The notes below the pieces were generated by a model. The model was not told the DNA's origin and did not search any database. It saw only the letters and a program-made list of their open reading frames with translations. 64,000 bases of DNA from Acutalibacteraceae bacterium (GTDB lineage: Bacteria > Bacillota > Clostridia > Oscillospirales > Acutalibacteraceae): assembly GCA_045649125.1 (NCBI GenBank), contig JAZRPH010000042.1, positions 48-64,047 of the forward strand, read 5' to 3'. This document shows, piece by piece, positions 31,601-42,097 of this stretch. Within the stretch, counting starts at the first letter, position 1; every line of letters begins with the position of its first letter. Position numbers and translations under genes: made by a program.

Positions 31601-32113
31601 AAAATAATTGTTTTCACCGAAAACATTTTTATACCAAAGCGCCGTCTCGAGCGCTTTTTCGTATTCACCTAAAATTAGCGCTTTGGGGATTTCACCCGCA
31701 AGACAGGCGGAAAGCGCGATAATTCCCTTACTGTATTTTTTTAAAAGTTCACGGTCTACGCGCGGTTTAGAGTAAAAGCCCTCGGTAAATCCGGCAGAAA
31801 CAAGTTTTATAAGGTTTTGATATCCCTCATTATTTTCGCACAGCAGTACCAAGTGACTGTAATCGCTGTCAAGCGCTTTTTGTTTGTCAAATCTTGTACG
31901 GGGGGCAACATAAACCTCACACCCGATAATCGCCTTTACGCCATGCGCCCTTGCTGCTTTATAAAATTCAATAGCGCCGTACATAACACCGTGGTCGGTT
32001 ATAGCAACTGCCGACTGTCCCTTATCCTTGACGGCGCGCATCAGGTTATCAATACGGCAGCAGCCGTCAAGCAGACTGTATTCGGTATGCAGATGCAAAT
32101 GAACAAAGCCCAT
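28664..32113 (-). CDS. dnaE: DNA polymerase III alpha subunit (DnaE type)
   Basis: 1149 aa. PHP domain FVHLHLHTEYSLLDG, and polymerase core motifs GPGRGSGAGS and MPDFDIDFC. Confidence 0.95.
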   Translation of the reverse strand: MGFVHLHLHTEYSLLDGCCRIDNLMRAVKDKGQSAVAITDHGVMYGAIEFYKAARAHGVKAIIGCEVYVAPRTRFDKQKALDSDYSHLVLLCENNEGYQNLIKLVSAGFTEGFYSKPRVDRELLKKYSKGIIALSACLAGEIPKALILGEYEKALETALWYKNVFGENNYFLELQNHNIPEQQRINPYIIKLSQDTGIPLVATNDVHYIEKDDSLMHKVLLCVQTGSKINDKNTLEFPTEEFYLKTEDEMRDAFPNLPQALSNTELIAERCNVEFEFGKIKLPFFDTGNQDHFQYFRNKCYEGLYRNYGKNPDEAAVDRLEYELSVINKMGYVDYYLIVADFVNYAKQNSIPVGPGRGSGAGSIAAYCMGITGIDPIKYDLLFERFLNPERVSMPDFDIDFCYVNRQRVIDYVINKYGSDHVAQIVTFGTMAARGAVRDVGRAMDIPYNICDKTAKLIPQAIGMTLERALDTVKELHNQYDSDPQIKQLIDMAVKVEGMPRHASTHAAGVVISDKPVSDYVPLSVNDEAVVTQYTMTALDELGLLKMDFLGLRNLTVIADTEAAVHRYNPDFSADNIPMDDVDTFRMMGEGLTDGVFQFESDGMKNVLRRFNPEKIEDLIAIISLYRPGPMDSIPKYINNRHNPSAITYATPELEPILKVTYGCIVYQEQVMQIFRSLAGYSLGRADIVRRAMSKKKHDVMARERNAFIYGEKDSNGNIMCEGAVNRGIDEKTAEKIFDEMSAFSSYAFNKSHAAAYAVVAYQTAYLKCHYPKEYFAALLTSVLDSSGKISQYTAECRRMGIKILPPSVNESFENFTSDKQGIRYGLLAVRNLGHTLIRNLIKERESGNYKDMYDFCLRNFGRDFNRRALEGLIKSGAMDCLEDNRRKMIYNIDNVLSAIEGQKRFSSEDQLDLFGGSDEGSHFELIDIEEMPRSELLSLEKEATGMYLSGHPMSGYRQFAQSRRFTPIADINGKKVKDGARVSVIGILSETKVKQLKNKNIIAYTQIEDTNASVDVIMFSSAYSNYRNLVTSGNIVIINGKVSEREDRDSELICESIEPVPKSYERITNDTGVREGLYIRVDSMGSDKFNAVCQVLSRHHGSMPVIIVCSDTGKRVTAPDRLKITPNNQIISELSEIVNEKNVKLVTN

Positions 32114-32133
32114 GCCGTATTTCCCCCTTTTTC

Positions 32134-33030
32134 TTACTTACCTATTTTTTCGTTATATATTTCAATTAGTTTTTTCAGTCGGTGATTAAGTCCCGAAACG
32201 GTTATCGATGACCGCGATTTTTTGCAAAGTTCCTTTAAAGAAAGTTCAGGATTTTCAATGCGCAGTTTTGCCGCATCGACAAGTTCCTGCGGAAGAGATG
32301 AAAGTATGCCCTTACCTTGCAAATATTCTATAGCCGTGCGCTGTTTTATAGAAGCTTCGACCGTGCGGCTTATATTAGCGCTGTCACAGTTTCTGGCACG
32401 GTTAATGTTGTTTTTAAGGTCCTTAATCATTGTGGTTTCAATCATTTCAAGGCTTCTTGCAGAAGCGCCCATAAGCGTAAGCAGATTTATTATCATTTCA
32501 CTACGCTTTATATACACAACAAAGCCTTTGCCGCGGGTTGAAATGTTTGCGTCAATAAAGTGCTCTGCCATAAGTGCTTTGAGTTCCTGCGCCAAAGCAA
32601 GTTCTTTTACGGGAAAATCCACCCTGTAAGACACAGCCGGATCGCTTATATGCGCACAGGCTAAAAAAGCGCCCCGTATAAAAGCCGCAGCGCAACAGTC
32701 ACGGCTTAAAAATTCACGGTTTATCTTTCCACCGTAGATGCCGAAATCAACCGACGCTAAGACCTTAAGTCTGTCCGATTCGTCGGCAATCTCAGCACGG
32801 TAAAAGGCTCTGCCGTCAGTCCCGCCGCCGAGACTTACCTGCACACCGTAAATACTTTTTATCAGCGAGCAATAAAGCTGCGCTGTCTTTTTGTTTTCGG
32901 TCTGCATAGATATTTTCTTCACCGAAAACGACCGACTGAACAGCAAAAAACCGTAGGCAAGCGGAGTTTTACAGCATTCCGAAAGCCTTATATCTGCAAG
33001 TTCGGTTTTTATGTCGGAACAAAATGACAT
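32134..33030 (-). CDS. whiA: DNA-binding sporulation/cell-division regulator WhiA
   Basis: 298 aa with a degenerate LAGLIDADG-like fold plus a C-terminal HTH (NCDSANISRTVEAS). Directly follows rapZ. Confidence 0.85.
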   Translation of the reverse strand: MSFCSDIKTELADIRLSECCKTPLAYGFLLFSRSFSVKKISMQTENKKTAQLYCSLIKSIYGVQVSLGGGTDGRAFYRAEIADESDRLKVLASVDFGIYGGKINREFLSRDCCAAAFIRGAFLACAHISDPAVSYRVDFPVKELALAQELKALMAEHFIDANISTRGKGFVVYIKRSEMIINLLTLMGASARSLEMIETTMIKDLKNNINRARNCDSANISRTVEASIKQRTAIEYLQGKGILSSLPQELVDAAKLRIENPELSLKELCKKSRSSITVSGLNHRLKKLIEIYNEKIGK

Positions 33031-33897
33031 TTAATTCACCTGATTTTTATTTATATCCCTATGTATAGTGCTTACATTGTATCCCTTTTCGGTAAGATAA
33101 CTCTGCAACATAAGTGCAAAGGTGACCGAACGGTGTTTGCCGCCCGTACAACCGAAGGCTATGACCAACTGACTTTTTCCCTCTTTGACATAAAGCGGAA
33201 TGGAAAAGTCGGCAAAATCACATATCTTTTTGGCAAACATTTTGCTGTCATCGCTATCCATAACATATTGTCTTACCACCTTATCAAGTCCCGTTTTGTT
33301 CTTTAAATCATCAACATAATAAGGATTTGGCAAACATCTTACATCAAAAATAATATCGGCTTCGGCATCGTTACCGTATTTAAAGCCAAAGGATTTGCAG
33401 AGTATTTTAATACCGTTCTTTTCACCGTCAAGAAAAATGTCGGCAAGCTGCTCTTTTAGCTGAATTCCCGAAGTATATGTTGTATCAACTACAAAGTCAG
33501 CCATCGACCGTATTGTCGAAAGCATCTGGCGTTCTGTTTCAACCGCTTTTGAGATTGAAATCGCCTTTTTATCGCAAAGCGGATGCTTGCGGCGATTTTC
33601 CTTATATCTACGGATAATTACACTGTCAGAAGCATCGATAAAAAGAATTTTGTAATCCGTACCGCGTTTCTTTAAGTCATCAAGAACGGTAATTATTTCA
33701 CCGAACATATCACCACCGCGCACATCGGTGACAACTGCCATTTTTTCAAGCGTGTCGCTGCGGTCAGAAAGGTTTAAAAAGGCAGGAATGATTGTAGGCG
33801 GTACGTTATCAACACAGTAATAACCCATATCTTCTAATGCATTTGCAGCCTGCGTTTTACCTGCGCCCGACATACCTGTAACTATAAGCAATTCCAT
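33031..33897 (-). CDS. rapZ: RNase adapter / nucleotide-binding protein RapZ (YvcJ)
   Basis: Walker A VTGMSGAGKT and the C-terminal GCTGGKHRSV motif. Confidence 0.9.
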   Translation of the reverse strand: MELLIVTGMSGAGKTQAANALEDMGYYCVDNVPPTIIPAFLNLSDRSDTLEKMAVVTDVRGGDMFGEIITVLDDLKKRGTDYKILFIDASDSVIIRRYKENRRKHPLCDKKAISISKAVETERQMLSTIRSMADFVVDTTYTSGIQLKEQLADIFLDGEKNGIKILCKSFGFKYGNDAEADIIFDVRCLPNPYYVDDLKNKTGLDKVVRQYVMDSDDSKMFAKKICDFADFSIPLYVKEGKSQLVIAFGCTGGKHRSVTFALMLQSYLTEKGYNVSTIHRDINKNQVN

Positions 33898-33915
33898 ATA
33901 AGCCTTCCCCTTTCT

Positions 33916-34821
33916 TTATTTTCTGCCGACAAATATAATCTCGGTCTCTAATTCAACGCCGTCATTATTTTTAACGGTTTGCTTAACATTTTCAACAAGT
34001 TTCAGCACATCATCACAGGTAGCGCCGCCGATATTTATAATAAATCCTGCATGTTTTTCACTTACCTGCGCACCACCGACACAGGCGCCCTTCAGATTGT
34101 TTTTTTCAATAAGCGCACCCGCAAAATAACCCACCGGTCTTTTAAATGTGCTTCCGGCACTTGGGTATTCAAGCGGCTGTTTTGTCCTGCGACGGTTAAA
34201 ATAATCATCCATAGCGCTTCGTATATCCTCGGCTTTGCCGTGGCTTAACTTAAGCGTTATCTGTGTTATAACAAGGTCAGCATTTTTAAAGACGCTTGTT
34301 CTGTAGCCTAGTTTCATATCGTCCTTTGTTAAAACGATTTCCTTGCCGTCGCTGTCAAGCGCTGTAGCGCTTACGACAACGTTTGACATCTCGCCGCCGT
34401 AGGCACCTGCATTCATATACAACGCGCCGCCCACACTGCCCGGTATGCCGTATGCAAACTCAAGCCCCGAAAGCTGTGCGTTTAAAGCGGCAAGGCAAAC
34501 ACTTCTAAGACTCGCCCCCGCGCCGCAGATTATTTCATCGCCCTTTGTTTCAATTTCATCCATACCGCTAAGGCTTATAACCGCGCCCTCGATACCGCCG
34601 TCCGACACCAAAAGGTTTGAGCCCTTGCCAAGTATAAAATACGGCACAGAAAACTTTTTTGCAGCATAAATCACGGTTTTTAATTGCTGATTATTGCAAA
34701 CCGTCACAAAAGCATCGGCATTTCCACCGATTTTAAATGTGGTGTGCTTTAGCATAGGCTCGTTTAAAACATATTCAATTTTATTGTCTGAAAGTGATTT
34801 TATAAATTCAGCAATAAACAT
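33916..34821 (-). CDS. murB: UDP-N-acetylenolpyruvoylglucosamine reductase
   Basis: TFKIGGNAD, LGKGSNLLV and SAGSTFKRP. GGAGAG RBS before the ATG at 34821. Confidence 0.92.
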   Translation of the reverse strand: MFIAEFIKSLSDNKIEYVLNEPMLKHTTFKIGGNADAFVTVCNNQQLKTVIYAAKKFSVPYFILGKGSNLLVSDGGIEGAVISLSGMDEIETKGDEIICGAGASLRSVCLAALNAQLSGLEFAYGIPGSVGGALYMNAGAYGGEMSNVVVSATALDSDGKEIVLTKDDMKLGYRTSVFKNADLVITQITLKLSHGKAEDIRSAMDDYFNRRRTKQPLEYPSAGSTFKRPVGYFAGALIEKNNLKGACVGGAQVSEKHAGFIINIGGATCDDVLKLVENVKQTVKNNDGVELETEIIFVGRK

Positions 34822-34834
34822 ACAAACTCTCCGA

Positions 34835-35791
34835 TTATTTGTGTAATTGACAAAGATAAGCCGCGCCGATAATTCCTGCATCGTTACCTAAATCTGCGAC
34901 CTTTATTACTGTCTTACCCGCAATATCTCTTGCAAAATTTTCACCCGATATAATTTCGTTAAGCGGGTCTGTAAGATAATTGCCCTCTTTAGAAACACCG
35001 CCGCCGATACATATCATATCAGGCTGAAAGATATTAAGAACATTCGCAATACCAACCGCTAAATAACGGATGTATTGGTCGACAACCATAGCACCCGCCA
35101 TATCACCGCTGCGCTTAGCCTTAAATGCGGTAATGCCGCTTGCATTATTGATGTCACCGCCGCAAAGCTGCCACATTATACTGTCGCTGTATTTTTTCAT
35201 AGCCTGCTTTGTTTGACGGATAAGCGCCGTAGCCGATGCATAGGTTTCAAAACAACCCTGTCTGCCGCAGCTGCATTCCTGGCCGTTCATCTGAATAACG
35301 GTATGACCTATCTCTGCGCCGGCACCGTTTGAGCCAGAATAAATCTGACCGTCAATAATTATGCCGCCGCCTACACCCGTACCAAGTGTGATTGCAATAA
35401 AGTTGTTGCAGCCCTTTCCCGCTCCTGCAATATACTCACCGTATGCGGCTGCATTGGCATCATTTTCCACATAAAACCTTTTGCCCGTTCTTTCATACAG
35501 CATATCGCTTAGCGGAATATCGTAAAATCCTAAATTACTGGCATAGGCCACAACGCCCGTCTTCGCCTCAATCGCACCAGGTGAGCCTACACCAAAGCCA
35601 TCAATATCATCCATAGTAATGCCCGCATTTTTCACAGCATCATATACCGCAGACACCATATCGTCAACTATTGCTTCAGGCTTTCTGGGTGTGTTGGTTT
35701 TTCTTTTTCCAAAACCGACTATCTTAAAATTTTCATCGACTACACCGGCTACAATATTTGTACCGCCTAAATCAATACCTAATTTATACAT
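34835..35791 (-). CDS. glcK: ROK-family glucokinase
   Basis: LGIDLGGTNI ATP motif and the ROK zinc motif CSCGRQGCFETYAS. Confidence 0.85.
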   Translation of the reverse strand: MYKLGIDLGGTNIVAGVVDENFKIVGFGKRKTNTPRKPEAIVDDMVSAVYDAVKNAGITMDDIDGFGVGSPGAIEAKTGVVAYASNLGFYDIPLSDMLYERTGKRFYVENDANAAAYGEYIAGAGKGCNNFIAITLGTGVGGGIIIDGQIYSGSNGAGAEIGHTVIQMNGQECSCGRQGCFETYASATALIRQTKQAMKKYSDSIMWQLCGGDINNASGITAFKAKRSGDMAGAMVVDQYIRYLAVGIANVLNIFQPDMICIGGGVSKEGNYLTDPLNEIISGENFARDIAGKTVIKVADLGNDAGIIGAAYLCQLHK

Positions 35792-35808
35792 ACTTTTTCA
35801 TATCCTCT

Positions 35809-36774
35809 CTAAAAAGGTTCTACCTTTGTTTCTGTGCTTTCTGTTTTAAAATCATCAGCCATACCAAGTCTGCTGAGTAAATCCTCTGCCGCGTTGTAGC
35901 CAAGTTTTTTCTGGCGGCTGTTCATTGCCGCAACTTCAATAATTACAGCCAAATTTCTACCCGGCTTTACCGGAATGGTAAGCGAAGGCACATCAAGACC
36001 TAATACCTCGGTCGTCTGACTTTCAAGTCCCATTCTGTCGTATGCCTTGTTTATATCCCAAGGCTCCATATTGATAACAAGGTCTATCTTCTCGGTTAGT
36101 TTTACCGCACCCACACCGAAAATACGGCTGGCGTTAATAATGCCTATGCCACGAAGTTCAATAAAATGACGGATATTATCGGGTGCAGTACCAACAAGTG
36201 ACTTACTTGACACGCGCCTTATTTCAACCGCATCGTCGGCTATAAGACGGTGACCGCGCTTTACAAGTTCAATGGCGGTCTCACTTTTACCGACTCCGCT
36301 TTCGCCAAGCAAAAGTATACCCTCACCGTAAACCTCAACCAAAACACCGTGCCGCGTAATTCTTGGCGCTAAATGCAAATTAAGAAACGCAATAAGCGCA
36401 GCGGTAAATTCCGATGTGGCTTCGGGTGTGGTAAGCAGCGGTACACCGTACTGCTCTGAAAGTTCCTTATAAACCGTATCGTCGGCAAGGTCACGCGCAA
36501 TGATTACCGCAACCGGCTGCTTTTCAAAAAACTGACTTAGCCGCTCTCTTTTCTTTTCGGCGGTAAAACGTCTTAAAAAGCCAATTTCACTCATACCCAA
36601 AATCTGAATTCGTTTTGGGTCAAAGTACTCATAATAACCCGCAATCTGTAGTCCGGGACGATTGATTTCAGAAGTGGAAACCAATATTTCCTGCGCACTT
36701 TTAGGCATAGACAGTACCGACAGTGAAAATTCATTAATAATTCTGTCAAGGGAAATTGTGAAATCTGTTTTCAT
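35809..36774 (-). CDS. hprK: HPr kinase/phosphorylase
   Basis: GESGVGKSETAIEL P-loop and LIADDAVEI. Confidence 0.93.
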   Translation of the reverse strand: MKTDFTISLDRIINEFSLSVLSMPKSAQEILVSTSEINRPGLQIAGYYEYFDPKRIQILGMSEIGFLRRFTAEKKRERLSQFFEKQPVAVIIARDLADDTVYKELSEQYGVPLLTTPEATSEFTAALIAFLNLHLAPRITRHGVLVEVYGEGILLLGESGVGKSETAIELVKRGHRLIADDAVEIRRVSSKSLVGTAPDNIRHFIELRGIGIINASRIFGVGAVKLTEKIDLVINMEPWDINKAYDRMGLESQTTEVLGLDVPSLTIPVKPGRNLAVIIEVAAMNSRQKKLGYNAAEDLLSRLGMADDFKTESTETKVEPF

Positions 36775-36931
36775 AAATTTCTCCTCCCAAGGATAGTATT
36801 TTCTTTAATAATACCACATCTGCACCAAATTTTAAATATTTTTTTATTTAAATTATTATTTTACTTGCTAATATTGTGTTTTAAATATATAATTAAGTGA
36901 GTAATATACTCTCGTATGGAGGATTTTTAAG

Positions 36932-38032
36932 ATGAAACTCGGCATGGTAGGATTGCCCAATGTAGGCAAATCAACCCTTTTTAACGCAATCACAAACGCA
37001 GGTGCACAATCGGCTAACTACCCGTTTTGCACCATAGAACCTAATGTGGGTATGGTAAGCGTACCCGACGAAAGACTTGAAAAATTAAAGGAAATTTACA
37101 ATCCCGACAAATTCACACCCGCGGTTATTGAGTTTGTTGATATCGCAGGTCTTGTAAAGGGCGCTTCAAAGGGCGAAGGACTTGGAAACAAGTTTTTAAG
37201 CAATATACGTGAGGTCGATGCAGTAGTTCATGTAGTTCGTTGCTTTGAAAGCACCGACATTATTCACGTTGAAGGCTCTGTTGACGGTGTGCGCGATATC
37301 GAAACCATAAATCTTGAACTCATACTTTCGGATATGGAAATTGTGCAACGCCGTCTTGATAAAGCAACCAAGGCGCTTAAGGGCGACAAATCCATGCAGG
37401 CGGAGGTTGACTTTTTAAAGCGGCTGCTTTGCCACCTTGAAGACGGTCAGCCGGCACGCTCGGTTGAAATAAACAGCGATGTCGAGCAGCTGGTGCTTGA
37501 TACTACCTCTCTGCTTTCGTCAAAGCCTGTAATCTATGCCTGCAATATGAGTGAGGATGATTTTAAAAATGGAATTGAAACAAACGCATCATTTCTTGCG
37601 GTCAAGGCTGTTGCAGAAAAGGAAAATGCAGAAATACTACCGATATGCGCAGCACTTGAGGCAGAACTTGCAAGTCTTGATGACGAAGAAAAGGCAATGT
37701 TTCTTGAAGATTTAGGGCTTGAGCGTTCGGGCCTTGACCGAATGATACAGACCTGTTACCGACTTTTAGGACTTATCTCCTATCTTACCGCCGGCAAGCC
37801 AGAGGTTCGCGCCTGGACAATCAAAAATGGCACCAACGCACCGCAGGCGGCAGGTAAAATACACAGCGATTTTGAGCGCGGTTTTATTCGTGCAGAGGTT
37901 ATTTCTTACGACGACTTTATGGCATGCGGCGGCAGTATGGTTACCGCTAAGGAAAAGGGACTTGTAAGAAGTGAAGGTAAGGAATACATTATGAAGGACG
38001 GCGACATCGTTCTTTTCAGATTTAACGTATAA
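36932..38032 (+). CDS. ychF: redox-regulated ribosome-binding ATPase YchF
   Basis: [26 protein letters not shown] and a TGS-like C-terminus. Confidence 0.93.
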   Translation: MKLGMVGLPNVGKSTLFNAITNAGAQSANYPFCTIEPNVGMVSVPDERLEKLKEIYNPDKFTPAVIEFVDIAGLVKGASKGEGLGNKFLSNIREVDAVVHVVRCFESTDIIHVEGSVDGVRDIETINLELILSDMEIVQRRLDKATKALKGDKSMQAEVDFLKRLLCHLEDGQPARSVEINSDVEQLVLDTTSLLSSKPVIYACNMSEDDFKNGIETNASFLAVKAVAEKENAEILPICAALEAELASLDDEEKAMFLEDLGLERSGLDRMIQTCYRLLGLISYLTAGKPEVRAWTIKNGTNAPQAAGKIHSDFERGFIRAEVISYDDFMACGGSMVTAKEKGLVRSEGKEYIMKDGDIVLFRFNV

Positions 38033-38082
38033 TTTTGGTATAAGCGCATAAATATCCCCCAAACTAACTGTGGGTGATATTT

Positions 38083-38472
38083 ATGTCAAAAGGCAAATCC
38101 GGACTTACAATTTTTACGGTGGGCGCTGTTGGGTACGGTCTTATTGAAATTATGTGGCGCGGCCATACACACTGGTCTATGCTGACAGCGGGCGGTCTGT
38201 CCTTTTTAGGACTAAGCCGAATTTCAGCCTTTTTTAAAAAAGCATCACTTTTAAAAAAGGCGGTCTTAGGCGGTGTGCTTATAACCTTTATCGAATATGT
38301 TTACGGACTTGTCTTTAATGTGATTTTAAAAAAGAATGTTTGGGATTACAGCCGTATGCCCTTTAACATCGGCGGTCAGGTATGTGCCCTTTATTCATTC
38401 TTTTGGATAATTTTAAGCTTTATTTTTATTCCTCTTGCAGACAGACTGCGAAACATTTGCAATAAAAGTTAA
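38083..38472 (+). CDS. small polytopic membrane protein (resembles the PF06541 'putative ABC-transporter type IV' family)
   Basis: GLIEIMWRGHTHWSM pattern and four predicted TM helices. GGGTGA RBS before the ATG at 38083. Confidence 0.45.
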   Translation: MSKGKSGLTIFTVGAVGYGLIEIMWRGHTHWSMLTAGGLSFLGLSRISAFFKKASLLKKAVLGGVLITFIEYVYGLVFNVILKKNVWDYSRMPFNIGGQVCALYSFFWIILSFIFIPLADRLRNICNKS

Positions 38473-38490
38473 TGCGAGGAGTGTTCAAAA

Positions 38491-39618
38491 TTGTTAAACA
38501 GAACTTGGGCAGAAATTGACACGGCTGCCCTAATACATAATTTTAAACTTTTAAAATCTGCTGCGGGCAATTCACGTATGGCGGTTGTAGTTAAGGCAAA
38601 TGCGTACGGTCACGATGTAAAAATTGTGGCACCTGTGCTTCAGAATAACGGCGCCGATTGGTTTGCCGTGTCCAATTTAGATGAGGCTATTGAACTTAGA
38701 GACTGCGGTATTGTAAAACCGATACTAATTTTGGGTTATACCCCTTGTGATTTGGCATCTAAACTTGCAAAATATGATATATCGCAATGCGTTTACTCTA
38801 GCGAATATGCGCAAAAGCTGTCGGATAGCGCAACGAATGCCAATGTTACGGTAAAGATACACATTAAACTTGATACAGGTATGTCGCGGCTTGGCTTTAA
38901 CTGTCGTGACGAGCGCCTTTTGGGAATGGCTGACGCGCTTAGCAGCGCCCGTCTTCCCGCCCTTAGCATTGAGGGTGTGTTCACCCATTTTGCCGCATCG
39001 GACACAATACCCGAAAATGATGATGGCTTCACCCAGAAACAGTATGAACTTTTCTGTGCTGCTGCTGACCGTTTTAAGTGTGCGGGCTTTGAAAATTTGA
39101 TATACCACTGCTGTAATTCTGCAGGTATTATTCAGCACAGCGACAAACACTTTGATATGTGCCGCGCAGGTATTGCGCTTTACGGATTAAAACCCGATGC
39201 CGCAATGACACCTCAGCAGGATTTTATGCCTGTAATGACTTTAAAATCAACCGTATCGCTTGTAAAAGAAATTGATGTTGGTGACACGGTAAGTTACGGC
39301 AGAACATTTACCGCGCAGAAAAGAATGAAACTTGCAACGGTTTGCGCAGGTTATGCCGACGGTTATCCGCGTCTGCTTTCAAACCGCGGTTATGTTATTA
39401 TAAACGGCTGCCGCGCAAATATTGTCGGCAGAATATGTATGGATCAGTTTGCGGTTGATGTTACCGATATACCCGATGTTGCTATGGGTGACACGGTAAT
39501 ACTCTTTGGCAAACAGCTTTCTGTCGATGAAATCGCAGCGGCTTGCGGCACCATAAATTACGAAATTGTTTGCGGTGTTTCACCGCGCGTAAACAGAATC
39601 GAGGTAAAGGGACAATAG
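38491..39618 (+). CDS. alr: alanine racemase
   Basis: [11 protein letters not shown] (PLP lysine). 375 aa. TTG start with a GAGGAG RBS. Confidence 0.9.
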   Translation: MLNRTWAEIDTAALIHNFKLLKSAAGNSRMAVVVKANAYGHDVKIVAPVLQNNGADWFAVSNLDEAIELRDCGIVKPILILGYTPCDLASKLAKYDISQCVYSSEYAQKLSDSATNANVTVKIHIKLDTGMSRLGFNCRDERLLGMADALSSARLPALSIEGVFTHFAASDTIPENDDGFTQKQYELFCAAADRFKCAGFENLIYHCCNSAGIIQHSDKHFDMCRAGIALYGLKPDAAMTPQQDFMPVMTLKSTVSLVKEIDVGDTVSYGRTFTAQKRMKLATVCAGYADGYPRLLSNRGYVIINGCRANIVGRICMDQFAVDVTDIPDVAMGDTVILFGKQLSVDEIAAACGTINYEIVCGVSPRVNRIEVKGQ

Positions 39619-39634
39619 TATCTATTGTCCCTTT
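39606..39634 (+). terminator. hairpin overlapping the alr stop
   Basis: AAAGGGACAATA-GTATC-TATTGTCCCTTT followed by CTT. Confidence 0.55.
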
Positions 39635-39652
39635 CTTAAAAGGGGAATTTTT

Positions 39653-41149
39653 ATGAAAAAATATATTCTTACTTTAGACGAGGGTACCACCAGCGCCAGA
39701 GCAATTATTTTTGATAAGGATATGAACTTGGTATCAATGGCGCAGAACGAATTTACACAAATCTACCCCTCCCCCGCATTTGTTGAACACGACCCGATAG
39801 AAATACTTTCGGCACAGTATTCAGCCATAACCCAATGCATCATCACCGCGGGTATTGATGTAGGTGAAATCGCCGCTGTCGGCATTACAAACCAGCGTGA
39901 GACCACAATCGTTTGGGATAAAAATACAGGTGAGCCGATTTATAACGCAATCGTGTGGCAGTGCCGCCGCACCGCCGATATATGCGAAGAATTAAAGTCG
40001 CATGGGTTAGAGGATTACATAACCGCCGCTACAGGACTTAAAATTGACGCATATTTCAGCGGCACCAAAATAAAATGGATACTTGATAATGTTGAGGGCG
40101 CAAGGCAAAAGGCAAAAAACGGTGAACTACTTTTCGGCACGGTCGACACATGGCTTATGTGGAAGTTGTCAAACGGCAAAATTTTTGCCACCGACGAAAC
40201 CAACGCATCGCGCACAATGCTTTATGACATACATAATATGTGTTGGGATAAAAAAATACTTGAAATTCTTGATATACCCGAAAGTATGCTACCTACCGTT
40301 AAAAAAAGCGGCAGCAACTACGGAAGCATTGATGTTATGGGTAGTAGCCTTTCGGTTTGCGGTGTCGCAGGTGACCAACAGTCCGCACTGTTCGGTCAGC
40401 ACTGCACAAAAGTGGGTGACGTAAAAAACACCTATGGCACAGGCTGCTTTTTACTTATGAACACGGGTGAGCGTGCGGTGCAGTCCAAAAACGGACTTGT
40501 GACCACGGTTGCCGCCACTTGTGAGGGTGAAAATACCCAATATGCACTTGAAGGCAGTGTATTTATCGGTGGCGCAGTGATACAGTGGCTTCGTGATAAG
40601 ATGAAGCTTATTGAAAATGCGGCACAGAGCGAGGACTTAGCCCTTAGCGTACCTGACAGCGCGGGTGTTTACATTGTACCCGCCTTTGCAGGACTTGGCG
40701 CACCCTACTGGGATATGTATTCGCGCGGTACCATCTGCGGTGTTACGCGGGGTACGGGCAGAAATCATATTGTAAGAGCCGCTTTAGAGTCGATAGCATA
40801 CCAGACAAACGATTTGATTGAGGCAATGCGCTGCGACGCAGATGTAAAGGTTGCAGTACTTAAGGCCGACGGCGGCGCTGCAAGAAATAATTTTCTTATG
40901 CAGTTTCAAGCAGACATTTCCAACCTTAAGGTAGTACGTCCTGACAATGCCGAGGCAACCGCGCTTGGCGCGGCATTGCTTGCAGGCATTACCTGCGGAC
41001 TGCTAAACAAAGACGGCGCACACGAAAACATCAATTCCAAAGCAAACGAATATTTGCCGCAGCTTGACGACGCAGAGCGTACAGTACTGCTTAAGGGATG
41101 GAAAGCGGCGGTTGACAGTACAATTACATTTTCGACGGCGGTGAGGTAA
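39653..41149 (+). CDS. glpK: glycerol kinase
   Basis: [19 protein letters not shown] and [10 protein letters not shown]. Confidence 0.95.
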   Translation: MKKYILTLDEGTTSARAIIFDKDMNLVSMAQNEFTQIYPSPAFVEHDPIEILSAQYSAITQCIITAGIDVGEIAAVGITNQRETTIVWDKNTGEPIYNAIVWQCRRTADICEELKSHGLEDYITAATGLKIDAYFSGTKIKWILDNVEGARQKAKNGELLFGTVDTWLMWKLSNGKIFATDETNASRTMLYDIHNMCWDKKILEILDIPESMLPTVKKSGSNYGSIDVMGSSLSVCGVAGDQQSALFGQHCTKVGDVKNTYGTGCFLLMNTGERAVQSKNGLVTTVAATCEGENTQYALEGSVFIGGAVIQWLRDKMKLIENAAQSEDLALSVPDSAGVYIVPAFAGLGAPYWDMYSRGTICGVTRGTGRNHIVRAALESIAYQTNDLIEAMRCDADVKVAVLKADGGAARNNFLMQFQADISNLKVVRPDNAEATALGAALLAGITCGLLNKDGAHENINSKANEYLPQLDDAERTVLLKGWKAAVDSTITFSTAVR

Positions 41150-41151
41150 TT

Positions 41152-42063
41152 ATGGGATTTAAAAGACAAGAAAAAAAGGTTTTATCAAGCGACGGTAAGA
41201 ACACCCTTTCGGGTGTGGTCTATGTTCCCGACGGCGAAATTAAAGGACTGTTTCATCTGGTGCACGGTATGACCGAATACATAGACCGATATACCGAGCT
41301 TTTGTCAGTTATTGCAAATGCAGGATATGTATGCTTCGGTTTTGATAACTTAGGTCACGGCAAAACCGCAATGGAGGGCGACCTCGGTTTTATAGCATCA
41401 AATGATGGATGGAAATATCTTGTTGATGATGTATCGGTCTTTGCCGATGAAATCAGAAGCGAATATCCGAATATTCCGTATATTCTTATGGGGCACAGTA
41501 TGGGCTCGTTTATAGTAAGGCTTCACGCGGCAAAGTATGGTCACCTTGTCGACAAGCTAATTATCTGCGGCACTGGGGGCAGCAATCCCGCCGCGCCCGC
41601 AGGACTGCTTATTTGCAATATTATTAAGACACTTCGCGGTAAAAGGGCTATTTCACCGTTTATTGAAAATATGGCTTTTGGCGCCTACAATAAGCGTTTT
41701 GAGGGCAATTCAAAATACGATTGGCTGACTAAGGATACAGAAATTATCAATAAATATGCTAACGATAAATACTGCACATTTCACTTTACGGTGTCGGCTA
41801 TGCACGACCTTATAAAATTAAATTACCTATGTAACAGCAAAAAATGGTATGATGACATTCGCATCGATCTACCTATTTTGCTGATATCGGGTGATATGGA
41901 CCCCGTTGGCAACTATGGTAAGGGGGTAAGACAGGTATATAACAGACTTATAGCAACGGGGCACAATAATGCAACCGTCAAGCTTTACGAAAACTGCCGT
42001 CACGAAATACATAACGACAGCTGCCGCAGCGAAATGACAGAGGATATTTTAAAGTTCATATAA
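41152..42063 (+). CDS. alpha/beta hydrolase (lysophospholipase / monoacylglycerol-lipase-like)
   Basis: Nucleophile elbow GHSMGS, with late Asp and His (GDMDPV, CRHEIH). Starts 2 nt after glpK. Confidence 0.75.
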   Translation: MGFKRQEKKVLSSDGKNTLSGVVYVPDGEIKGLFHLVHGMTEYIDRYTELLSVIANAGYVCFGFDNLGHGKTAMEGDLGFIASNDGWKYLVDDVSVFADEIRSEYPNIPYILMGHSMGSFIVRLHAAKYGHLVDKLIICGTGGSNPAAPAGLLICNIIKTLRGKRAISPFIENMAFGAYNKRFEGNSKYDWLTKDTEIINKYANDKYCTFHFTVSAMHDLIKLNYLCNSKKWYDDIRIDLPILLISGDMDPVGNYGKGVRQVYNRLIATGHNNATVKLYENCRHEIHNDSCRSEMTEDILKFI

Positions 42064-42066
42064 AGC

Positions 42067-42097
42067 AAAAAATCAGCACATACTGTGCTGATTTTTT
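42067..42097. terminator. bidirectional terminator between convergent genes
   Basis: AAAAAATCAGCACA-TAC-TGTGCTGATTTTTT. Overlaps the stop of the 42096..42803 gene. Confidence 0.85.
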
